Below, one piece after another: positions 1 to 9,832 of a stretch of 64,000 nucleotides of DNA (position 1 is its first letter; every line of letters begins with the position of its first letter). The stretch lies in the NCBI GenBank assembly GCA_049320885.1, contig JBMORA010000027.1, positions 67,221 through 131,220 on the forward strand, given 5' to 3'. The stretch comes from Thermodesulfobacteriota bacterium (GTDB lineage Bacteria > Desulfobacterota > Desulfobacteria > Desulfobacterales > SURF-7). The translations under genes were made by a program, and so were the position numbers. The notes below the pieces were generated by a model that did not search any database, was not told the DNA's origin, and saw only the letters and a program-made list of their open reading frames with translations.

Positions 1-118
1 TGCCGATTTCATGAAAGAGCTTTTCCTCGAAGAGCTTCATGGCCGCTTCCATAATCAGGCTTTTGCGAACCTCGCGTTCGTCCTCCCGCAATTTCATGAA
101 TGTAGATCTCTCCGACAT
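1..118 (-). CDS. TetR/AcrR family transcriptional regulator (N-terminal part; runs off window)
   Basis: Manual translation MSERSTFMKLREDEREVRKSLIMEAAMKLFEEKLFHEIG..., a typical TetR HTH start; GAGGAGG RBS upstream. Confidence 0.75.
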   Translation of the reverse strand, partial: MSERSTFMKLREDEREVRKSLIMEAAMKLFEEKLFHEIG

Positions 119-189
119 TCTTCAACATCCTCCTCTGGTATCATTTCCGCTGATTATCGGACTGCCCTGGGAAAACAGCCGACCGGCTG

Positions 190-218
190 ATTGTCTGTAA
201 CACAGTTCACTATGACAA
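190..218 (-). promoter_or_regulatory. Putative sigma70 promoter of the tetR gene with an imperfect palindrome in the spacer
   Basis: TTGTCA-17 nt-GACAAT on the minus strand; the spacer contains GTGAAC-TGT-GTTAC. Confidence 0.4.
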
Positions 219-280
219 ACAAGTTAAAATACTCGACATCGCTCGGAATCCTGATAAATGCCCCTCGAACGCGCCAAACC

Positions 281-961
281 CTATGGAGCCGAGACTTTCA
301 GCTGTTGTCCCGGGAAAATATCATTCCCGTTCAGGGAAGGATTCAGGCGCCGGAGGGCATCCACCGACAGCCCGTTTTGCCTGGCGATGCCGAAAACGGT
401 TTCCCCGGCTTTGACGTGGTGAATCCTGGCGGCGGCCTTTTTCCCGGCAACGGGCTGCTTGGCCGCAGCGGGTTTGGCTGCGGCGGGCTTGGCCTGCGGC
501 GGCGCCGCCGGTTTGGGTTGCGGCTGAACCTTGGCCTGGGTCGGCTCCGGTTTCTTCTCCACCTGGATGGCTTTCATCAGCCGCTCGCCCTCCAGGCGGC
601 TGACCCGGTCGATCAGGACGCTGAGTTTTTTCTCCTGCAGTTCGATCAGCTGGAGCTGCTCATTCTGCGCGCCCAGGGTCGCGATCTGTTCTTCGATCTT
701 TTTCAGGCGGTTCTCCAGGTCGACAAGGCGGACGTCGCCGTCCGATCCGCCGCTGTTCATGGCCACCACCACCAGAAAGACAACCAGCACCAGCACGATG
801 ATGCCGATGAGAACCATGGGCAGGTCAATTCTGCTGAAACGACCGGCCATGGAAAATCCCGCGTTTCGTTTTCTGAAGGTCGAATGCTGACTGCCGTCGA
901 AATAGTCATCCAACGGCTTTTCCGGAACCAGTTCCTTCTCCGAAGGGTCATTGTACTGCAT
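281..961 (-). CDS. Membrane-anchored LysM peptidoglycan-binding protein
   Basis: Single TM helix, coiled coil, Pro/Ala/Lys linker, C-terminal LysM (HHVKAGETVFGIARQNGLSVDALRRLN...IFPGQQLKV). Confidence 0.85.
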   Translation of the reverse strand: MQYNDPSEKELVPEKPLDDYFDGSQHSTFRKRNAGFSMAGRFSRIDLPMVLIGIIVLVLVVFLVVVAMNSGGSDGDVRLVDLENRLKKIEEQIATLGAQNEQLQLIELQEKKLSVLIDRVSRLEGERLMKAIQVEKKPEPTQAKVQPQPKPAAPPQAKPAAAKPAAAKQPVAGKKAAARIHHVKAGETVFGIARQNGLSVDALRRLNPSLNGNDIFPGQQLKVSAP

Positions 962-1011
962 GGCTTCTCCTCTCCGTGGTTCGGCTTCCGCCTATCCGGC
1001 CCGGTCCGGCG

Positions 1012-2772
1012 CTATTCCAGCAGGAACAGGTGGATATAGCGCGGATCGAGGCTTTCAGCCGCCACGGCTGCATATTCATTTTCCATATCCGCAAACAACT
1101 TGTCAAATGTCGCTCCCAAATCCGCAAGCAGTTCCTTCTCGGCCAGGCCTGTCTCCCGGCCGAGCCATACCAGAAAAGCCTGTTTCATGGCCGGCGGTAT
1201 CCGGCGCGTTCCGGTCCCGCCCTTCGCCTTCCCTCCTGAATCCGCGGCCGGACCAGCCGGGGGCAGCAGTTCCTGAAAGAACAGCTTGAAACGCGGGAAC
1301 GGAACCGGCGCTTTTTCCGCCAATCCCAACCGCGCCCCGGCCCACAGGGTCAACAGCAGGCTGTCCCAGGCCGGCCCTCTGCCGGCCAATGCGGCCGGGA
1401 CCACGGGAATCAGCAGGGACAGCAGCCGATCCAGGGCCGCGACTTCCCTCAGAACGGCGTCCGTTTCCCGCAGATCGTTGCCGGTCTGGAATTCCCGGTA
1501 TAATACGCCTGTCCGGAACGCATCGAAGTACAGGGGTTTTTTGATCATCAGCCCGCCGATAACCCCCACCCGATGTTCCCCCCAGAAGCTCAACGGCAAT
1601 CCGGCGCCGGCATACCAGCTGTTCTTCCGCCATTTGTCGGCCCGGTCTTTCAATTTCACCACCCGGTCATACCCGATCCGGAAAATGTCGGTCAGGGAGT
1701 GATTCAGGATCAAACCGGCGGCGAGCTCATCCGTCGCTTCCCGCCCCTCCTCTTCCATCAGGCGCTGCAATCCGAGGGAAAGATATCCGCTGGCTTTCGC
1801 CACCATCCGGCCCAGGGTTTCCCGCTCCCTGGCAACCACCTGATCGGCCGCCATGAGACGGTTGCAGAGGGCCGCGAGTTCGATCTGGACCTGCTCGACG
1901 GCGGCGGCGGTTTTCAGGGATCGTACCGCCCGGCCGAACGGGTCCTCCCCTCGCAGCAATACCGCAGGCGACAGGGAGAAAGGAATCAGGCCCCGGTCTT
2001 TTTTCACCACCGGCTTGCCGCGGAAAGCCGCCAGCTCGTCCCTTCCAAGGGGCTGGTAGACGCCCAGGGCTTCCTCGAAGGGCAGGAAGCCTTTTTCCGC
2101 CAGCCGGATATTGCGCCAGCGATACAGCTCCTCCTCGGTTTCCGCCGGCAGCAAGGTCGTGGACTCCACGAGGATCTGCTGGTATTTCACGAAATCGGTT
2201 TCGGCCAGCTGCGCCAGCATCGCGGCCAGGAACTCATACCGCCGCCCCTCATCCAGGCCACCCGCTTCCGGGTCGCCCGCTGCATCCAATATCCGAAAAT
2301 AATAAACATCGTCAAAAGTGGCGTATTCATCACCGAAATCCGCGGGATCCTGGTCATGTTCCCGCATGATCACGGACACGTTGCGGTGCAGGCAGTATTC
2401 CAGCAGGTCGGTTTTTTCGTCCCGCAGCCAGGCTGTCAGCCGGCCGGAATCGGCCTGCATCAGCAGGGACAGCCAGGTAATCAGGTTCGACTGGGAAATC
2501 CCGTCTTTTTGCCAGATTTCCAAATCCAGGAGGTATTCCCACTGCCTTCCGGAGGCCAGCGCCAGAAGCGGCAGACTGTCCGCGGGGCCGATATCGTGTA
2601 CGAGAAAATAGAAATCCTCCTCCGCGAAGGAATGCACCAGCGGAAGCGGTTCCTCCGCCTCCAATATGGCATTCAGCGCCTTTTCCGGCGGCATCCCCAG
2701 AATCTCCGTGCGCTTCTCCCGCAGGCGGGCGAGGCGCGCCCTTATATCCAGTGGCAACATCCGATCCGTCAT
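1012..2772 (-). CDS. Conserved hypothetical protein (DUF6178-like, deltaproteobacterial)
   Basis: Long ORF with LDLEIW and EEELYRWRNIRLAEKGF motifs; start chosen at the ATGA overlap with the ampG stop. Confidence 0.6.
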   Translation of the reverse strand: MTDRMLPLDIRARLARLREKRTEILGMPPEKALNAILEAEEPLPLVHSFAEEDFYFLVHDIGPADSLPLLALASGRQWEYLLDLEIWQKDGISQSNLITWLSLLMQADSGRLTAWLRDEKTDLLEYCLHRNVSVIMREHDQDPADFGDEYATFDDVYYFRILDAAGDPEAGGLDEGRRYEFLAAMLAQLAETDFVKYQQILVESTTLLPAETEEELYRWRNIRLAEKGFLPFEEALGVYQPLGRDELAAFRGKPVVKKDRGLIPFSLSPAVLLRGEDPFGRAVRSLKTAAAVEQVQIELAALCNRLMAADQVVARERETLGRMVAKASGYLSLGLQRLMEEEGREATDELAAGLILNHSLTDIFRIGYDRVVKLKDRADKWRKNSWYAGAGLPLSFWGEHRVGVIGGLMIKKPLYFDAFRTGVLYREFQTGNDLRETDAVLREVAALDRLLSLLIPVVPAALAGRGPAWDSLLLTLWAGARLGLAEKAPVPFPRFKLFFQELLPPAGPAADSGGKAKGGTGTRRIPPAMKQAFLVWLGRETGLAEKELLADLGATFDKLFADMENEYAAVAAESLDPRYIHLFLLE

Positions 2773-4097
2773 GGCAGCACTGCTTTCCCCCATTTCCTGG
2801 TTGTCGTTTCCGGCTCACCGGCCGGCCGCGGCGCGATTTTCAACAACATCAGCAGTCCCGGGGCGGCGATCACCGCGCAGCCGATGAAAAAAGCCCCCCA
2901 TCCCATCTGCTTGGCGATCCATCCGGTGGGCGCGGAAGCCACGACCCGCGGCAACCCCATCAGGCTGCTGAGCAGGGCATACTGGGTCGCCGTGAAGCGT
3001 TTGTTGGTGATGCTGGCCATGAAGGCGGTATAGGCGGCCGTTCCCATTCCGCTGCTCAGGTTCTCGAAGCCGATGACCGCGGCCAGGATGGGGATCACCG
3101 CGGCGCCCGTCTGGGCCAGTACAGCGAAACAGGCCGTGGACAGGGCCTGAAAAAGCCCGAAAACCACCAGGCACCGATGGATCCCGAATCGCAGCAGGGC
3201 GACCCCGCCCAGCAGGGCCCCCGCCAGGGTGGCGCCGGTGCCGAACACCTTCACCACCGCGCCGATTTGGGTTCTGGTGAACCCGATATCCAGGTAAAAA
3301 GGGGTGGCAATGGCCGCCGCCATGGTGTCGCCGATCTTGAACAGGAAAATGAAGCCCAGGATCCACAAGGCATTGGGGCGGCTGAAATACTCCCCCAGGG
3401 GATCGACCACCGCCGCCCGGAGGGTCCGGGGACTTCCGGAGGCCGTCTCCGGTTCCGGCGTCAGCAGGGTGACGGCCACCCCGGGCAGCAGGCAGCCGGC
3501 CATAATGAAATACACCGTGGGAAACGACACATGATCCGAAAGAATCAGGCCGCCGCCGGAAGCCAGCAGCATTCCCATGCGATAGCCGTAGATATAAACC
3601 GAGGAACCCAAACCCAGTTCCTCGTCCGCCAGGTCCTCCCGCCGGTAGGCATCCACGACGATATCCTGGGTGGCGCTGAAAAAGGCCGTCAAACCGGCGG
3701 CGATCACCGTCAGCCAGAGCGATCGCACCGGATCGGAACAACCCAGCGCAACGATGGCCGCCATCAGCCCGAGCTGGGCAATGAGCAGCCACCCCCGCCT
3801 GCGGCCCAGTTTCGGTATGGCAAAGCGGTCCAGGAAAGGGGCCCATAAAAATTTCCAGGAATAGGGCAGCTGCACCAGGGTGATCATGCCGATCCAGGTC
3901 AAATCCACGCCCCCTGCCTGCATCCAGGCCTGGAGGACACCGATGGTCAGCAGCAGCGGCAACCCGCAGCAAAACCCCATCATGAAGGCCACCGCCATCC
4001 GGCGGCTGATCATGACCTGCAGAACGGTTATCCGACTCCTTGCATCCACTCCCGGATCCCACTTTTTCAGCCGGCCGGTCATCCCGGCCTGGTCCAT
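2769..4097 (-). CDS. ampG: AmpG family muropeptide MFS transporter
   Basis: GLPLLL, KFLWAPFLDRF, LGRRRGW, SATQDIVVDAYR, FTATQYALLSS motifs; start at the TAATG overlap with the pckG stop. Confidence 0.85.
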   Translation of the reverse strand: MDQAGMTGRLKKWDPGVDARSRITVLQVMISRRMAVAFMMGFCCGLPLLLTIGVLQAWMQAGGVDLTWIGMITLVQLPYSWKFLWAPFLDRFAIPKLGRRRGWLLIAQLGLMAAIVALGCSDPVRSLWLTVIAAGLTAFFSATQDIVVDAYRREDLADEELGLGSSVYIYGYRMGMLLASGGGLILSDHVSFPTVYFIMAGCLLPGVAVTLLTPEPETASGSPRTLRAAVVDPLGEYFSRPNALWILGFIFLFKIGDTMAAAIATPFYLDIGFTRTQIGAVVKVFGTGATLAGALLGGVALLRFGIHRCLVVFGLFQALSTACFAVLAQTGAAVIPILAAVIGFENLSSGMGTAAYTAFMASITNKRFTATQYALLSSLMGLPRVVASAPTGWIAKQMGWGAFFIGCAVIAAPGLLMLLKIAPRPAGEPETTTRKWGKAVLP

Positions 4098-6055
4098 TAT
4101 GCCTGTAATCGCGCAGGCGTCGCCACGGAACCGGTTTTTTTCCGCAGGGCGATCAATTCGTCCCGTTGCGCCCGCAGCACTGCGAAAAGCCGCTGGGGGA
4201 TATTCCATTCTTTTTTGTAGGCGTCGATCTGCAGATCGATGCGGGCCAGAATATGATCGATATACAAAGAGAACTGCTTTGTATACAGGGTTTCCGGGTA
4301 GTCCTTGGCGATGATGGATCGGAAAAGATGGCACAGATCCTCGTATTTCGGCAGATAACCGATGGGCGTATCGATCACCCCTACCTCGCCGTGGGCGTGC
4401 CTTTCCAGCCAGGCCAGCCACACCTTGACGTCCCGCTTCTCGCCCAGCAGTTTTTTGCCGCCGCCGCCCCGGGCCTCCTCGGTGAGAAAATAATTCAGCC
4501 CGGCCATCACCGGTTTCTTGTCGGCGGCGATCCGTGGATTGTTGAAGAAGGTGAACTGGGCGTCCATGTAGTCCCCCAGGGCCCCCGGGATGAACGGCGC
4601 ATTGGCCCATGGAGCGCGTTTTACGCCCGTTGCCCCGACCTCCGTTGCGGTGGCGGCCGAGACGATGCAGGCGCCGATAGCCACCCCCTGGTCCGGTGTC
4701 TTGGCAACCCAGACCGGCGGCATGGTGTCGCTGTCCCGCCCGCTGTAGGTGACGATCCGCGTGACCACGCCGGCGGGGTTTTCGGTTTCCGCCGAATAAT
4801 TGGCCAAGGCGGCGGCGGACAGCGTGCAACGAGAATTGGGATGGGAGATGGGAACCGGCTTGCCTTTGCCGTCCACCATTCCCTTTTTCCAGGGTCCCTG
4901 GTAATTTCGGCCCTCTTCCGGCGCTTCCTCGCCGTTTCCGGTCCAGTGGGGCACGCCGTTGTTGTCGATCAACACGTTGGACCAGATCACTTCGGTTTTC
5001 GGATTGCGCAGCAGTTCCATCAGGTGCGGGTCGCCCTCCTGATTGACGTCTTCCACGATGCCGAAGATGCCGCATTCGGGATTGATGGAACGGATGCTGC
5101 CGTCCGCCGCGATCCACATCTGGACCAGATCATCGCCCACGAAAAAATTTCCGGCCATGGCCGTGGTGGTCTTCCCGCATCCGCTGGGAGCCGCTCCGGT
5201 ACACCAGGTGATCCGGCCGCCGGGCCCGCTGACACCGGTGATGAACATATGCTCGGCCAGTTCATGGCCGCGGTTTTCATAGACCGCCTTGTCCACGGCA
5301 AACCGGTGGTTGCCTTTCTTCAGCAGCAGCGTGTTGCCGGCGTAGGTGCAATACATGCTGTAAGTGGTCCAGTGACTGCGATCCATGTAAACCCTGGCAT
5401 TCGGCAGGTCTTCGGGACGGTTGGCGCCTTCGCTGTGCACATTGGTGAAGAAATGGCCCAGCCTGGCGACTTCCCGGTCAAAATGGGCATAGGCGTTGCG
5501 GTATAAAATTTCCGCGCTGTGGCTGACATAGGCGGAGCTGGTGATTTCCAGGGCCGGATTGGACACCGGCGCGCCGATGGGACCGCGCATGTAAAACCCC
5601 ACCACCATGACCCGGCCGGCCATGATCCCGCTCATCTTTTCCCGGATTTCCCCAAGCGCTTCGGAACGGAGTTGCTTGTTGGCCAGGGAACTGATGGTCT
5701 CGCCCTCGTTGGCGATATAAAAGGTCCGGTCGATGATGCGGCCCTGTTCCTCTTTCAGGTCATAGTGGATGGTATGGCCCTTCATGGGCAGGGCCTCCTC
5801 TTCCCCGTTTTTCAGGGCCAGGTCGCGGATATACCGCCGATCCTCTCCGGAACCGGTATTGATGAAAACCGTCTCGGGCCGGCACATGACCATGGTATTG
5901 GCGATCTTCATCAACACCTCCGGATGCCGAATGGTTTCCACCCGGGCCAGCTGGATCGGGTCCAGTTTTTCCCGGAACAAGGCCCTTGCCTGTTCGGGCG
6001 ACCGGATTCCGCCTATTTCCGTGACGATATCGATGCCTTTGTTTCGTTCCAACAT
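4097..6055 (-). CDS. pckG: Phosphoenolpyruvate carboxykinase (GTP)
   Basis: YAGN, AEHM, APSGCGKT P-loop, VGDD, INPECGIFG, HPNSR motifs. Confidence 0.9.
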   Translation of the reverse strand: MLERNKGIDIVTEIGGIRSPEQARALFREKLDPIQLARVETIRHPEVLMKIANTMVMCRPETVFINTGSGEDRRYIRDLALKNGEEEALPMKGHTIHYDLKEEQGRIIDRTFYIANEGETISSLANKQLRSEALGEIREKMSGIMAGRVMVVGFYMRGPIGAPVSNPALEITSSAYVSHSAEILYRNAYAHFDREVARLGHFFTNVHSEGANRPEDLPNARVYMDRSHWTTYSMYCTYAGNTLLLKKGNHRFAVDKAVYENRGHELAEHMFITGVSGPGGRITWCTGAAPSGCGKTTTAMAGNFFVGDDLVQMWIAADGSIRSINPECGIFGIVEDVNQEGDPHLMELLRNPKTEVIWSNVLIDNNGVPHWTGNGEEAPEEGRNYQGPWKKGMVDGKGKPVPISHPNSRCTLSAAALANYSAETENPAGVVTRIVTYSGRDSDTMPPVWVAKTPDQGVAIGACIVSAATATEVGATGVKRAPWANAPFIPGALGDYMDAQFTFFNNPRIAADKKPVMAGLNYFLTEEARGGGGKKLLGEKRDVKVWLAWLERHAHGEVGVIDTPIGYLPKYEDLCHLFRSIIAKDYPETLYTKQFSLYIDHILARIDLQIDAYKKEWNIPQRLFAVLRAQRDELIALRKKTGSVATPARLQA

Positions 6056-6124
6056 GCTCTTTCTCCCTTTCGGACCCGCGGTTCCCGAAGATGAATCAAC
6101 AAGGGCCGCGGTCCGGAAATCGCC

Positions 6125-6790
6125 TTACGCGCCTTCGTCGCCCGGCGCGCCGCACCCCACCCGCTGCGGCGCCGGAGAATGCCGCCTGATCCAGGCCAGA
6201 ACCTTGTCGAATTCGGCGGCCATTTCCATGAGGGCCCTGGCGCGATGGCTGATCCGGTTTTTTTCCGCCAGGTTCATTTCGGCAAAGGTTTTGTTCAGTT
6301 CCGGGTAATAAAATATCGGATCATAGCCGAATCCGCCTGCCCCCGCCATGGTTTCCGCGATGAATCCATGGCAAGCCGCCTCATAGGTCAACGCCGGTCC
6401 CGAGGGCACGGCAATGGAAATCACGCACTGGAAAAAAGCCCTGCGATCGGACCGGCCCGCCATCTCCTGAAGCAGTTTTTCGCAACGCTGCCGGTCTGTG
6501 GCGTCCGTTCCCGCGTAGCGCGCCGACAGGACCCCCGGAGCCCCCCCCAGGGCCGCAACCACCAGCCCGGAATCATCGGCCAGGGCCGGCAGCCCCAGGA
6601 TCCTGGCGGTCATGCTGGATTTCTTGTACGCATTGTCGTCGAAGGTTTCCCCGTCTTCGACGATTTCCGGAATCGGGCCGAAATCGTTGAGATTTTTTAT
6701 ATCGATCGGCTGATACTTCAGCAGTTCCCTGATTTCACTTATTTTCCCCTCGTTGCGCGTGGCGATGACAAGGGTCGTTTTTGCTGGCAT
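6125..6790 (-). CDS. rdgB: XTP/dITP diphosphatase (HAM1 family)
   Basis: ATRNEGKISE, ALADDSGL, GFGYDPIF, KNRISHR motifs. Confidence 0.95.
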   Translation of the reverse strand: MPAKTTLVIATRNEGKISEIRELLKYQPIDIKNLNDFGPIPEIVEDGETFDDNAYKKSSMTARILGLPALADDSGLVVAALGGAPGVLSARYAGTDATDRQRCEKLLQEMAGRSDRRAFFQCVISIAVPSGPALTYEAACHGFIAETMAGAGGFGYDPIFYYPELNKTFAEMNLAEKNRISHRARALMEMAAEFDKVLAWIRRHSPAPQRVGCGAPGDEGA

Positions 6791-7025
6791 GGTGAAACGT
6801 CCATATCCCTGATGATGGTTTTCCCCGCTCCCCGGCCGGATCGAAGCCGCCGGGACGGTGTCGATTAAAAAGGTATATATAGTTCAAGGTATTTTCTTTG
6901 TAAAGATATTTCAACCGCTTGTCATGGAAAAGCCTTTACAGGAGGATGCCGGGTGGTATATGGAGACTGTCTATGTGAATTGGAACCCGTCCGGATCATT
7001 CCGGCTAGGATGAAAGGAAACCTCC

Positions 7026-8888
7026 ATGCATAAACTGCTGACCGACAACCCCGGCATGGAAATGCTGCTGCTCGGCAACGAGGCCATCGCCCGGGGCGCC
7101 GTTGAAGCCGGTGTGGCCTGCGCCACCACCTATCCGGGAACGCCATCCTCCGAAATCTCGCTGAATTTCTTTCAGCTATCGAAAGAAAGCGACCTCTACT
7201 TCGAATACAGCACCAACGAAAAGACCGCCCTGGAAATGGCGGCGGCGGCGGCCAATTGCGGCGTCCGCAGCATGTGCGTCATGAAACACGTGGGCCTGAA
7301 CGTGGCCGCCGACACGCTCATGACCCTTGCCTATGTCGGGGTGAAAGGCGGTCTGGTGATCCTGACGGCGGATGATCCCTACATGTTTTCCAGCCAGAAC
7401 GAACAGGACAACCGCTATTATGGGAAGCTGTCCGGACTGCCGATCCTGGAGCCGTCCTCCGTGGCGGAAGCCCGGGAGATGACCATCGAGGCCTTTGCCC
7501 TGTCGGAAGCCCTCCAGGAACCGGTCCTCCTGCGGACCACCACCCGGATCAACCATTCCACGGCCGTCGTGCCGCTGGGGGCCATCACGCCGCCCAAAAC
7601 CCATGGCGGTTTCGTCCGGGATCCCTTCAACTATGTCACCGTCCCGGCGGTCTCCCGCAAACTCCATGTCAAGCTGCTGCAGCATCTGGAACAGGCGGCG
7701 GCGCTCTCGGACCGCTCCCCCCGGAATTTTGTCCAGGGCGGCGGTCCCTGGGGACTCATCTGCAACGGCGTCAGCTACAATTACGTGACCGACGCCATCG
7801 ACGATCTGGAAATCGGGGAAAAAACCAGCGTCCTGCGCATCGGCTTCTCCCATCCCATGCCGGCCTCCATGGTCAAAACCTTTCTGCAGGGCAAGGAAAT
7901 GGTGCTGGTGGTGGAGGAAGGCGAACCGTACATGGAAGAGGCAGTCAAGGCCCTGGCCCAGGAAGCGGGCCTGACCCTGCCCATCGCCGGAAAAGGCGGA
8001 ACCCTGTTCAGCCGCCTGGGCGAATTCGATCCCGCCATGGTCCGGTCGGTGATCGCCGCCTATTTCGACCTTCCCGGCCTCTTGAAAGCCAGCCCGGATC
8101 TGTCCGACATGCCGGAAATTCCCCAGCGCCCGCCGAATTTATGCGCCGGCTGTTCCCACCGGGCGGTTTTTTACGCCGTCAAAAAAGCGGCCCAGGGCCT
8201 GGACGTGGTCTATCCCACCGACATCGGCTGCTATACCCTGGGATTTCTGCCGCCGCTGTCCATGGGGGACTTCCTGCTCTGCATGGGGTCCTCCTCCGGC
8301 ACTTCGGGCGGATTCTCCAGATTTTCCGGCAAAAAAGTGGTGGCCTATATCGGGGACTCCACGTTTTTCCATTCCGGCATCCCCGGTCTGATCAACGGGG
8401 TGTTCAACAATCACGACTTCACCCTGGTGATTCTCGACAACCGCACCACCGCCATGACCGGTCATCAACCCAATCCCGGAGTGGACATGCGGGAACTCCA
8501 ATACGAAGGGTACAATCCCATTGATATCGAAACCCTGGTCCGATCCCTGGGTGTCGGCCATGTATCGGTGATCAAGCCCTACAACCTGAAAAAAAGCATC
8601 CCGCAGCTCACCGAGGCTTTGCGCTACAAGGGGGTGTCGGTGGTGATCGCCAGGGAAAAATGCTCGCTGTACGCCAAAAGCCTGAAGCAGCTCCGGGCGA
8701 AACCGTTTTTTGTTTCCGATAAATGCAAAAACCATCGGGACTGCATCAACGAACTGGCCTGCCCGGCCTTTTTCATTCAGGACAACCGGGTGGGCATCAA
8801 CCCCGCCCTCTGCGTCGGCTGCGCCGTCTGCGCCCAGATCTGCCCCGAGCATGCCATTTTACCCTTGAAAGTGAAGGATAGCGAATGA
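7026..8888 (+). CDS. iorA: Indolepyruvate:ferredoxin oxidoreductase alpha subunit
   Basis: LLGNEAIARG, YPGTPSSE, MKHVGLNVAAD, SSQNEQD, RPPNLCAGCSHR, GDSTFFHSG, C-terminal CVGCAVCAQICP ferredoxin. Confidence 0.92.
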   Translation: MHKLLTDNPGMEMLLLGNEAIARGAVEAGVACATTYPGTPSSEISLNFFQLSKESDLYFEYSTNEKTALEMAAAAANCGVRSMCVMKHVGLNVAADTLMTLAYVGVKGGLVILTADDPYMFSSQNEQDNRYYGKLSGLPILEPSSVAEAREMTIEAFALSEALQEPVLLRTTTRINHSTAVVPLGAITPPKTHGGFVRDPFNYVTVPAVSRKLHVKLLQHLEQAAALSDRSPRNFVQGGGPWGLICNGVSYNYVTDAIDDLEIGEKTSVLRIGFSHPMPASMVKTFLQGKEMVLVVEEGEPYMEEAVKALAQEAGLTLPIAGKGGTLFSRLGEFDPAMVRSVIAAYFDLPGLLKASPDLSDMPEIPQRPPNLCAGCSHRAVFYAVKKAAQGLDVVYPTDIGCYTLGFLPPLSMGDFLLCMGSSSGTSGGFSRFSGKKVVAYIGDSTFFHSGIPGLINGVFNNHDFTLVILDNRTTAMTGHQPNPGVDMRELQYEGYNPIDIETLVRSLGVGHVSVIKPYNLKKSIPQLTEALRYKGVSVVIAREKCSLYAKSLKQLRAKPFFVSDKCKNHRDCINELACPAFFIQDNRVGINPALCVGCAVCAQICPEHAILPLKVKDSE

Positions 8889-9475
8889 ATACCAAACGAC
8901 TGATCATTGTGGCGGTGGGGGGCCAGGGCAACCTGCTGGCTTCCAGGATTCTCGGCGAAGCGGCGCTGCTTTCCGGAGTTCCGGTCCGCATGAGTGAAAT
9001 TCACGGCATGGCCCAGCGCGGCGGCGTGGTGGAGTCCGCCATCCTCTTCGGGGAAGGGCGGAGCACGATCATTTCCGACGGCGAAGCCGATGTGCTGGTG
9101 AGCTTCGAGCCGTCCGAGGCCATGCGGGCCCTGAACCGCTGCAACAACCGGACCATCGTCATCACCAACCTGTCCCCCCTGCCGCCCTTCACCACCATCA
9201 TCGGCCGGGGGACTTACCCGGACCTGAAAGCCGGCCTTGCGCTCATCCGGGAAAAAACCGGCGGACTGATCGCCCTGGACGCAACCGATCTGGCGATCCA
9301 GGCGGGGAATGTCATGGCCGTCAACATGGTGCTCCTGGGGGCATTGATCCGGACCGGGATCCTACCCCTGTCGGACGAAAACGTCCGCGCCGCCATAAGG
9401 ACCCGCACCAGAAAGTCCACGGTGGATGTGAATCTGAAGGCCTTTGACAGCGGCTACCAGGCGGGCGGGAAGTAA
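8885..9475 (+). CDS. iorB: Indolepyruvate:ferredoxin oxidoreductase beta subunit
   Basis: VGGQGNLLAS, SEIHGMAQRGGVV, NMVLLGA motifs; ATGA overlap with iorA. Confidence 0.92.
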   Translation: MNTKRLIIVAVGGQGNLLASRILGEAALLSGVPVRMSEIHGMAQRGGVVESAILFGEGRSTIISDGEADVLVSFEPSEAMRALNRCNNRTIVITNLSPLPPFTTIIGRGTYPDLKAGLALIREKTGGLIALDATDLAIQAGNVMAVNMVLLGALIRTGILPLSDENVRAAIRTRTRKSTVDVNLKAFDSGYQAGGK

Positions 9476-9601
9476 GCGCTTCCCATGCCGGCCCCCTGCC
9501 CGGCGAAGCGACGCCCGTAATCGTAATCGAACGACGGCCGGCGGCAGCGCAGGGGCACCGATTGCGATTACCGGCAGGGAAAAACGGTATGGAAAGTGTA
9601 T

Positions 9602-9832
9602 CTACTCCCCTTGCTCCCCGGTGTCCGGTTCCGTCTCCGCCTGCCCCCGCTCCATCTCGATGTGTTCCTTGATTTCCTTGAGCACAAAATAGCGCTTGAC
9701 GGCCCGGGCGATTTCCGCCTGGGAAGGAGACTGCCCGGTGGTCTCCGCGACGAACTTGCGAATGCTTTCCAGGGCGTCCCACAGGACCGTTTCGACTGCG
9801 TGGCTTTCCGTTTCCATACGCTCCCCGCTCAT
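9602..9832 (-). CDS. Small hypothetical protein (76 aa), translationally coupled to the MerR gene
   Basis: ATGA overlap with the MerR stop; helical sequence ...IRKFVAETTGQSPSQAEIARAVKRYFVLKEI... Confidence 0.6.
   Translation of the reverse strand: MSGERMETESHAVETVLWDALESIRKFVAETTGQSPSQAEIARAVKRYFVLKEIKEHIEMERGQAETEPDTGEQGE

Noticed and set aside
430..560. AKPAA-type repeats in the LysM gene
   Set aside because: Ordinary low-complexity protein linker, not a DNA repeat element
4098..5117. Apparent long N-terminal extensions of AmpG (also PurL to 51150, Dxr to 53046, IspH to 23168)
   Set aside because: They overlap upstream genes in another frame; true starts lie downstream at stop/start overlaps or family N-termini
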